A stretch of 64,000 nucleotides of DNA from Paraspadella gotoi (taxonomy: Eukaryota; Animalia; Chaetognatha), in assembly GCA_051294375.1 (NCBI GenBank), contig CM119263.1, forward strand, positions 20,612,115 to 20,676,114, written 5' to 3'. The notes beneath the pieces were generated by a model that saw only the letters and a program-made list of their open reading frames with translations, searched no databases and was not told where the DNA came from. Positions 54,557-64,000 of the stretch are shown here, in pieces; within the stretch, counting starts at the first letter, position 1; the number at the start of each line of letters is the position of its first letter. A program made the translations under genes and the position numbers.

Positions 54557-56369
54557 ATAGGTGTTACAGCGGGGATTAAATTACTGGCCTCTATTCATAA
54601 ATAAAAAAAAGCGTTTTATTTATTAAAGCCAAGATTTTTCACGCGATTAATGTCTCAAAAAGTGCAGGGTTACAATTTAACAATTAAAAAATAATAATAA
54701 TTTTGATGCAAATTTAGAGGAATTCTCATTTTAACACTACGACATGATATATTGTAAGGCGATGCCTCTCACTCTTTCTCTCCCTCTTTTTCTCTTTTTT
54801 GCTCGCTGTGTCATTCCCTTTTACCCTCTTTACTAATATCTCATTATCCGTCTGGCCCTAAATGATTTATTTTAATTTTCATTGCCGTCCCTCAACTGCG
54901 GCCTCTTTTTCAGACACCCCTAAACGCATACCGTAAACTTATCTCCCTTTGTTATGTGCGATCTAACTCCACTTTCGTGACTATCACAAATCACTTTAAG
55001 CTCAATGATTCATTTGAATCCGAGGTTCGTACCAAGGTCGGCGTAGGTCGTCGCGAGACCCATGGAAATTCAAAAACTAAATCCAAACTATTCAGATTTT
55101 TCAAGAAGTAACGGGAGACCAGACAAAAAGTAATTTACTTTTTTAATTGACTTAATGTTTTTCTATTAAATTTATATATCGCCGCCCCGTAAAAACAAAC
55201 AAAAATAAACAAATAAAAACCTTCCGAGAAAATGTCATCTCCCCTTCGTACCAAACCCCCTCCTCCTCTTCCTATTCCTTGTTCTTCCTCCTCTTCCCCC
55301 TACCCATCATCCTCTTCCTCGGAGAGAGCGGCGACGGATCACTCGGGGGTCCGACGCGCTCTCAATCTTCCGTAAATCTTTAACGTGATTTTAAATCCGC
55401 CGTCCAAAAAAAAATCTTCTCTTAACCGTTACCTCTTCTTACCTTCGGCTTTTTTGCCTTCGATGAATTTCGTTTGTTGACAAAACCAAAATCCTCGGTC
55501 ATTCAACAAGCACAACGAAAACAACAACAACGACAAAAAACCAACAACAGCGGCCATAAATCGACGAGTTTCTCGGTCTTTACAGGCAGAAAAAAATTGA
55601 GTAATAACAATTTGTATTTTCGTGACGATAAATCAGAGCGTAAACAAACGCACAAGACGCTTGTCATTTATTTCGGGCCAGATTGTTTCTGCCCATCCTC
55701 AGGCTGATTCTTCATGAAAAGAAATGTAGAAACAGTTAAAGTTGGCGTTACTAAATTTATAGTAACAAAGTTATTATTATACCATTTTTTCTATTGCCTT
55801 TTCCGGCTTAATTCTTATTTAAACATGTAAATCACACAAGAATTGGCTTACAATGAAAGATAATAATAAAAGTTTTTACGAAACCGAATAGTATAGGGCA
55901 TCATTTTTTGAATCTGGATAAAACCTCATCAATTATTTTACTGATTTCTTCCCTCTTTCTCCATTCGCATATTTTTTCGTCGCGCCAATAAATTTCATCT
56001 TTTTTCTCTCGTCTCAGGAAAGATAAAAAATATAAACGCGAAATGAGGGCGATAATTTGAACATTTTTTAGTCGAGGATTTTTATGGTGATTCATCGCCG
56101 TCATTTTCACTCTTTTTTTCATTTCCGAACTGACGCCTGATAAAAAGTGAGACTCGCGAGATGTTTCACCTCCAGATTCTGTTGGCCTCTTTGGCAATTT
56201 TGGATCGGAGCGTCTCATCCAAGAACTTCCGGTCGACGAAAGGTGGGTGGCAACCGTTGTGAAACTAGTTTCAGTGAGATAATGCTTGATTTCCCGCTTG
56301 TTTGCCCGGTAAAATATTTTTACGCACAGTTTTATTTATAAAGGCGATGTATTAAAAAATGTTTATTGA

Positions 56370-57425
56370 TGTGCCAATACAACGATTTTTATTATTAATA
56401 GTACATGTTTCGACTCTGCAAGTTCAAGTCTTCATCAGCTTTGAAAAAACATTAACAAAATGCTCTACACATTAAGTTAGAGAGAGAGAGAGAGTGAGTG
56501 AGTGAGAGAGATTGAGGGAGAGTTTCCAACAAAGGGCTGAGTAAAGGACAGTGGCCAGATGAGAGGACAGGTGAAGGTAAGAACAGAGAAGAAGAAGAAG
56601 ATAATTTTGAAATGGTGAAAAGTGAAAGAGAGAGAGAGAGAGAAAGAGAGAGAAATAATTACATTTGACAATGTACAACAAAGATAAATTTGGAAAACTT
56701 AGAAATAAGCTGAGATTTTGAATTAACAAAAGTTATATAAGTAGTAATGAAAATTGTAATGGAGGAATAGGTGGAGAGGGATAGATAAGGTAATAGTTTA
56801 GTGAAATATATAAGAGAAGAAAGAGCTCAAAAATGAGCTGGCCCCCCCCCGGGCGGACAAAGGTGGGACGCTGACGATGTGAAAGGGTCATTGGCTTGTC
56901 ATAGACTGAGATGATATTCTTGTAGAGTGGGATATCATGGGGTCAGGTAAAGACTCGCCTGGGAAAATACCAAGTGCCTCTCTAGTATCTCTTTGGCCTG
57001 ATAAGCCTGCCAAAGGCCCTCCTCTCACCTGACGGTGAGGTGGGCGGTTGCCTGTTCTTGCCTGTTTCGGTGCAGGAGATACAGACTCCTCTCCCTCCTC
57101 CTGAAGCCGTCGTTTTGGGCGGCGCCTGGCGTTCAGAGAGTCACGCCAAGTTGCTACAGGTTCGGGAGAGGTATCGGACGTTCATTGCCTGCCGGGAGGC
57201 CTCCGCCTGACCCGTTGTGTTAGGACAGGGGAATCACCGTGCGGTTGGGGTGGCTTTGGGTGTTCCACCACCAGTTTGATTAGCGAATCATAGCTTGGAG
57301 GGAGATCGAATCGTCCTCCATCACGGTTCAAAGACGGTTCGAGGGCTTTGATGTAGACAGCCTCTCTAATACCTCTTGAGAACCAATTTTGGTCATGGGA
57401 CAGCACGAGGCAGTCGGACTCTCTA
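56370..57425 (-). mobile_element. Penelope-like element 3' remnant, copy 2
   Basis: LSHDQNWFSRGIREAVYIKALEPSLNRDGGRFDLPPSY; colinear with 10555-12345. Confidence 0.85.
56397..56442 (-). ncRNA. Minimal type-I hammerhead ribozyme with an intact core
   Basis: AAAG-CTGATGA-A-GACT-TGAACTTGCAG-AGTC-GAAA-CATG-TA-CTATT. Confidence 0.8.
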
Positions 57426-57869
57426 AACGATGGCGATGTATAAAGTTTCTATGGTGTTATATATTTATTTATATCTATTTATCTATTTAGAAAACTTGGG
57501 CAGGAAGTAATATAACCTTGTGTTGTATAGAACTATAGAATATAGATGCTCCCTCGATTTCCAGAAGACTACGCTAACAACCCTCTTCCATTAATTATAT
57601 GTTTTCAGATTTAGATTATCAAAAACCAAAATTAATTAAAAAATATTAATAATTAAAAAAAAAGGCATCTGTAATAAATAATTTTCCTGAATATGTAATA
57701 TAGTATAATATTTATATTATTCTCGCGACAACAATAACAACGACTACGTTAAAAACTAAGTCGACCTTTGATACGACCACCCGACTGTGGTTAACCAAGG
57801 ATATCACTTAATTTTTTTGTCGTTAATTGCTATTGTTATTGTTAACTTAGTCCGGTTCTCGCAACTTAC

Positions 57870-58988
57870 ATTCTCCTTTTCTCCCGCTCAGTTTCGTCGG
57901 AGGAGGTGGCGCTTTCCGTGACCCGATCCCGCGGCGTCTCTCTTTCCGTCGATCTCGAACCCTGGAGTCGCTGGGAAGAGACTCAACTCCTCCTTCAAGT
58001 CGCGCATCAGAGCAACAAGTCTTCATCCTTCAAAATCCAGCTAGACAGGGTCAGGAGAGAGGGTAAGTGCTCAATAAATAAATGAATGAATGAATGAATC
58101 AATCAATAAAGCAGTCAATCAATCAATTAAAGAAAACCAATTTTTATTTAATAGATCAAGATATTCTCTTCAACACTCTGATTACTGATCACTGATCAGT
58201 GATCACTGATCAGTGATCACTTTACCGCAATTTGCAGCGCTCGTTCGGCCTTTATCAATTCATCTCGTATACAAAGTTCATTCTGAAAAAGTAACCACTT
58301 GGTTCTTAATTTCGAATAAATTACGAGCAGATGAGGTTTTTCGCTCGTTTGACTATTTTCAACTCGCGTCGACTCCAACCCCTTCGGCGTTAAAAACCTT
58401 ACCCCTCTCCCTCCCCAAATTCACACTCCGACGCATTCTCCCGGGTTTTTTTACGTTCTTTCTTTTTCCTTTTTATTTTCTTTTTTTTTTTTGGTTAAGA
58501 GATCAACAAAGCGATTCTTGTCTCCTTTCGATCTCCTTTCCAACCCCATGCCGATTTTGCTTAATTGTTTCGATTCGAAACGCCCTGCTAATAATTTGGA
58601 CGAATTTACTGGGTTTGTGTCGAATTCTTATAAAAACCAATAGAGCCTGTCGGTTGCGGGAATTGTGAATAATTCGCGTGAGAATCACGGAACGACGAGA
58701 TCGCGTTCTCAATGCGGCCGACTCAAGCGCTCTCATCGTTTTTTGACGAGGACCCATCAATGGATTTACTTTCAGCGATTGAAAACTCGTAAAGAAACAA
58801 ACTCACTCGACGGTTACTTGTTGATTGAGAGAAAGCGGTGAAGAAAGAGAGAATTCTGAGGGTTGCGATCTCGAGGCGAGAAGCTCGACCTTCCACAACC
58901 TCTCGCCGCCGATCTTCACGGAAACCGAATATTCCTGCTCCGAATTTAAAAAAAAAGCCCTTGGTCCTCTACCCTCAATGCTAGCCCC
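57870..58988 (-). other. Two candidate exons (about 58807-58988 and 57870-58041) of an unidentified spliced transcript
   Basis: GC-rich islands bounded by TTTTTCTGTAG/GTGAGT and CCTGTCTAG/GTAAGT. No recognisable protein. Confidence 0.35.
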
Positions 58989-59109
58989 TACAGAAAAATC
59001 AGTGGGATGAAATAACGCGTGTAAAAAAAACATTAAAATTTTCCCCAGGGCAGTTTTTCTCTCTCACGAAAAAAAATATTCTTCGCCCCGCCACCTCCCC
59101 CACCCTAAA

Positions 59110-59134
59110 TAAAGAAAGAAAAAAGAAAGAAAGT

Positions 59135-59178
<44 letters not shown>

Positions 59179-59218
59179 AGAAAGAAAGAAAAGAAGAGAA
59201 AGAAAGAAAGCAAGCAAG

Positions 59219-59253
<35 letters not shown>
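59110..59253. repeat. Compound microsatellite (GAAA)n(GCAA)n
   Basis: Directly visible. Confidence 0.95.
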
Positions 59254-59254
<1 letters not shown>

Positions 59255-59404
59255 CCCCCCAAATCCGTTAAAAAAAGATATATTCGAAAATTGGGTTCGC
59301 TGGACATTTTTGTTGAACATAATTGAGTTCCATGTCTCTGCGAAAAAGGCATTTCTGAAATTAGAAGGGAATTAGCGAATTAGAAAGATCGTAAAATCGG
59401 TGGC

Positions 59405-59442
<38 letters not shown>

Positions 59443-60386
59443 CCCCCATCCCGTTCTTGTCTTGGCGTTTATGATGTATTAGCCCTCACTCTTGGGCTTT
59501 TCCAAATTATGCCTCCCCCCTCAAAGTAATATTTAATTTTTGGGTCCGCGGAGGAGCGAGACCCACGATTTATCAATTGTTTTACAGTTTTTATCGGAGA
59601 TTTCGTTTAAATATTTCGACCCCGGCTTCTTTCATTTCTTTTTTTGTACTTTTACCACCAAGAAAATAAAATTTTGTTAGAAAAAAAATGTAATAGTAAA
59701 AATAAAAGTTGTTAAAAATAAACGAGTTCTTAGGAACGCCCAGGGAAATGTTTACATGTATACAGTCGGCCGAAATGGTATAAAAATAAAATTTCTATGT
59801 TGCGCCCCGGCACGAAAAGGGATTTTATAGTTAGTCCGGGTATTTTAAAGATTATTTTCGACCTATATTTTTTTATTTAATTTTTCGTCAGCGTTCGCCA
59901 CTCCCGCGAGGTCAACGGACGATCTCGACCTCTGAAGTCATAAACGGCAAATTATAAAGATATTAACTTGGAACGCCGCGCATGCGCGGAAAGTACTAGG
60001 AATGCTCGAAAAATAATTAAGCGATAGAAAATCCGCCTATGTCACTATTACCATAGGTTAATGAGCCGATCTTTTTGTTAGTGTAACCCAGCAACCTTAA
60101 GCAAAAATGGGTCACTAGGTTCTCATGATATATTCGTTTCTTTCAATAAATGAATGGGAGATTAGATTAGATTAGATTAAACAAGGTGAACATTAGTAAT
60201 GAGACTAACGAGCGAAAAAATAAATTTCGGTTCAGAATTTAACACTCGACAGGAACTAATGTTACTAAATAAACAACGATAAAGACAACCGGGGTGTTTG
60301 CCACAAAATAAACTTCTGTGGATAAGGCGCTAAGTGGGCTTAAGATGACTATCCGTAACTTCTATAACCCCTTTAGTAGCCATGGA

Positions 60387-60465
60387 ACGGGTCCTGGGCT
60401 TGGAACCAGGCTTGAGGGGTTGCCACGCCCCCAAGGCGGCTTACGGCCGTCCTCACGCTTCCCAC
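60387..60465 (-). ncRNA. Candidate type-P5 twister ribozyme (family E, unit 1)
   Basis: GUGGG AA GCGU GA GGA CGGCCG U^AA GCC GC CUUG..CAAG CCUGG UUCCAAGC CCAGG A CCCGU. Confidence 0.68.
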
Positions 60466-60791
60466 AGGGTAGGTACCGGGTTGGATTGAACCCAGTACCT
60501 AGTGGTCATGAGCTGATGGCTTTACTCAATGAGCCACCAGGTCAGGACTGAAGGTGTCATGCTTATAGGCGGGGTGAACCTAAGCAATGCCCGACTACAT
60601 GCCCCCCAGATTGTAACCCACCCTGCACTGCTTCCAGTGGAGGGAGGGGAGCAATCTTCAGCACGTCCATGGGCCTGTAATCAGAAGGTTGGAATACGCT
60701 CGACAGGATGGGCTCACCAGTGTGGATAAGGCGCTAAATGGGCTGAAGATGACTATCCGTAACTTCTATAACCCCCTTTAGTTGCCATGGA

Positions 60792-60870
60792 ACGGGTCCT
60801 GGGCTTGGAACCAGGCTTGAGGGGTTGCCACGCCCCCAAGGCGGCTTAAGGCCGTCCTCACGCTTCCCAC
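60792..60870 (-). ncRNA. Candidate type-P5 twister ribozyme (family E, unit 2)
   Basis: Same as unit 1 except the P1 segment is CGGCCU. Confidence 0.65.
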
Positions 60871-61059
60871 AGGGTAGGTACCGGGTTGGGATTGAACCCG
60901 GTACCAAGTGGTCATGAGCTGATGGCTTTACTCAATGAGCCACCGGGTCAGGACTGAAGGTGTCATGCTTATAGGCGGGGTGAACCTAGGCAATGCGAAA
61001 ATTCGAAAATTTGAAAAAAAAAAGTGAGAACAATATAGACGTAGAAAAATGTGACAAGT

Positions 61060-61099
<40 letters not shown>

Positions 61100-64000
61100 A
61101 CAAAAGCCCCCTTCCTCCTATAAAAGAAAAAATAAAGTTCTGTCAGTTATAATTTCAAGTGCGACCTTTTGAAAAAATGATATAATTATTTGACACGGAA
61201 TTCTAATTTCTCCAGAGAAAGTTGGTGGGGGCAAGGGGGAGGCAAGAGGGAAAGGAAGCGGTTAACTTATGATTTACGATCAGCGGCCAGAGTTAGTAGC
61301 CTCTCTCGCTAACAACGAAGTTAACTACGCTGAAGTTTGCTAATGTGAGACCAGAGAGAAGACTTTGTTAAATTTGAAATGAAATCGGATTAAAAAAAAA
61401 AAACTTCTTAATGAAAAATCTTTGTCATTGTTTTTGTTTCGTTAGTAATCTGTAAAGCAACATATAATTTTTATATAAGGTGTGATAATAACAACTTTGC
61501 CTTCTTTCGGTCATACGTTAACAAAATGTACTTTACCGAGACATAAATAAATATTTTTACTTTTAAGTACTTGCTCGTAAAAGCTACGCTTTATGTTCTC
61601 AATTTTTACTTTTTTTCTTTCACCTTAGATTAAAACTAACTCGAACCAAATGACAACAACGACGACGTTTTTATTGACAGTTGGCGGTTACGATATTTCT
61701 GCCACCGTCGTGGTCGTCGTCGTCGTCGTTGTCGTTGTCGTCAACCACAATCGGTATCACCGTCGACTTGTGACCCCTCTCGGATCTGACCCTCGATTCC
61801 TGAACCCCGAATTCCTCAGTGAAAACTATCTCCTCTTTCTATCTTCGTCCTTAAGTTTCCCCCTTCCTCTTTCCCCTTTTCCCTTCCCCTATCCCCTTCT
61901 TTTTTCCCCTTTTTCCAGTCCGACCTAATTTTTGACTCGCGTCGAAATAGTCCCGATGTTCTCAGACTCGTCAATCAGGCTCGTGAAAGAACCCCCTCCT
62001 CGACCTAGCGGAGAGGGAGAAGACGTCGGGAGAGAAACTGGACTAAAGACCGGGACCGCTGGCGCCGTAAAGTTTATAAGTTTCTTATCCACTTGGAGTC
62101 TTGATATTTAATGGTACCTTAATAAAATAATCAAAGCATATAGATATTCATACAATTCAATCAATGAAATACTAACTAATTAAAGAAGCAATAGTAAATA
62201 AACAAATAAATCCACAAAGAATCCACTAAGTGTCCATTAAGCATCCACAAACGTTTATTATTTTAGAGAAGAGTCCCGTTTCAGAGCAGAATCTGGAATG
62301 ATCGCAAAAGAGAGAAAGAGACAAACGTCGATATCTCCTATATAAAAGAGCATCTGAGTTGTAGATATTCGTCTGGACTTTACCCTCGGCGGTGACGTTG
62401 TACGGTCCCCCACTCCACCCCCCCCCCACAGCTTGAATTATTTACTTTCTTTAAACAAAGTCTCAATAATTATCTTTAAGTGATCTTCATTTAATCCCTA
62501 TATCCTCTTCCTTCCCTCTTACTTTCCCTTCATTGTGTCTCGTCACTTCGAGATTCTATCCTTCACTTCACACATGTCACTTTTCACTTCTTACTTCTCA
62601 CTTCTCACTACTCACTTCCTGTTCCTCATTTGTCACTCATCGGCCCGCGTTGACGAAGTTTTGAAATAAATAAGATTAATTTAATTTAAATTATTTTTTT
62701 ATGCTTTTGTTTGTATATTTTTTTCATCAACTTTCATTTTTTCCCCTTTATTCTCTATTTTTTTGACTAGTGATGAAATTTGATCTTTTTTAATTTGAGA
62801 GCAATTTTTTTCTTGAGAGTTTGACAGGTGAAGTCAACGAAAAAATAAATTACTAAATTCTGAAAATTTGGAAAAAAATAAAAGACTCGTTCATACTCAT
62901 AGTATTTCAAATAATTTCTTTCGTTTCCATTCATATGCGTACGATAAACTTTGTAAAAAAATTCTTCATCCATGAAACCCAAAAAATTCGGGGAAAAAAC
63001 CGAAAGGATTTCCGTTGTAATTGCCGTATCCGTATTGATTTTGTAGATACTGTACGAAAAAAATATTTTTGTTATAATTTAGGATCAAAACATATCTGGA
63101 CCGGAAGCACAGAGCCGAAGGGGAAGCCAATCATTGCAAAAAGCAAGCAAAGACAAACGAGGTTGTTCATCGTGAACGAGCGAAAAAAAAATCAAATTCT
63201 TGAAATAAAAATCGACACAAATACCGTTCGTCATAAACAAAAAAGGTCAATGCGATTGAATGCGATTTTCAAACTAATAATCGCAAACATCGCGATGACG
63301 AATGACGAGTCTTACAATACAATAGTAATAGTGAATAGTCTTTTTTTCCTAGTCTTTTTTTTTATCGCTTCTCAAACCCTCGGCTCCACACCTGTGATCC
63401 GTCGACCACTCCCGTGCCCCCAGCGTCGCTCCTATACGAGTAAAAAATACTCCAGCTGATCAAGTTTCAAAACTATTTTAAGACCAGAAACGTTTTATTT
63501 TGAGCCTTCGCAGGAATTTTTTTCCTCCTTTGGAGATTCTTTATTTATAAATAATCGATGAACGCGAATCGAGGAATTATTTAACTTTTAGAAATGCTAT
63601 CTCAGGAAGTCTATGTCTAATCGAATTAAAAAAGAATAGGGAGAGGGGGAAAACATTGGGGATTTGTGGAGGGAAAAGGCGATAACATTTATTTTCAAAC
63701 CGATGCGTAAAATGACAATCGAACAGATTATGACCCACAGTCCCACAGTCCCACACTCAATACATACAAACGAAGCGAAGATACGATTCACCGCTCTCCG
63801 CTCGACTACTACTTGAACTACTTTAAATTTAAGTTTAATATCATTAGTAGGGTGAAGTGAAAGTTTGAAATCAAAATTTAGCAGTTATATCTTGAAAACT
63901 ATCATATTAATGAATACTAATCAGTAATTATTTTTTTTTACAAATATAGTAGCCCAGTCAGCTTATATTATTATATAATGTCAAAATTTCAAAATGTTTT

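Larger units (their letters stand above)
60317..60996 (-). repeat. 1.7 head-to-tail copies of a 404-bp GC-rich, hairpin-rich unit with a tRNA(Met-like) head (family E)
   Basis: 60317 TGTGGATAAGGCGC recurs at 60721 and the copies are nearly identical. Minus-strand A-box-like TGGCTCATTGAG and B-box GGTTCAATCC. Confidence 0.9.

Noticed and set aside
60318-60385. Pistol-ribozyme-like TAG..TTAAGCCC..TAGCG on the minus strand
   Set aside because: No proper P1, AAA linker or GU cleavage junction, and the spacing is wrong.
60383-60462. tRNA-like cloverleaf ending TTCCA
   Set aside because: The arm sizes are non-canonical. The same region is better explained by the twister fold, which co-varies across families.
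62935-63459. 174-aa ORF
   Set aside because: AT-rich, with no recognisable motif or splice support.

Overview
This is eukaryotic, most likely invertebrate animal, genomic DNA with GC-rich exons, AT-rich GT-AG introns and many transposon remnants. Seven conserved genes all lie on the minus strand: TRAF3IP1/IFT54, NDUFS2, RBM15/spenito, LONRF, NUSAP1-like, CDC40/PRP17 and MORC2 (5' part only). Several are only about 240-680 bp apart and have a splice-acceptor-like AG just before the ATG, which hints at trans-splicing or operons. Repeats include a decayed Gypsy element, two Penelope-like remnants carrying minimal hammerhead ribozymes, three DINE-1/Helentron-like families, CACTA-type MITEs with 2-bp TSDs, a hAT MITE, a TA-flanked MITE, Tc1 relics and a 16-bp foldback minisatellite. 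The main discovery is that four otherwise dissimilar tRNA-headed SINE-like families (7 copies) each carry the same fold right after the tRNA head. It looks like a circularly permuted (type-P5) twister ribozyme in which P1 is replaced by a 6-8 nt near-palindrome, with compensatory changes in the pseudoknot (CCG/CGG, UCC/GGA, CCA/UGG). One family forms a 404-bp head-to-tail tandem, suggesting a Pol III-driven, twister-based retrozyme/circRNA system. All folds were read by eye; none were computed or tested.
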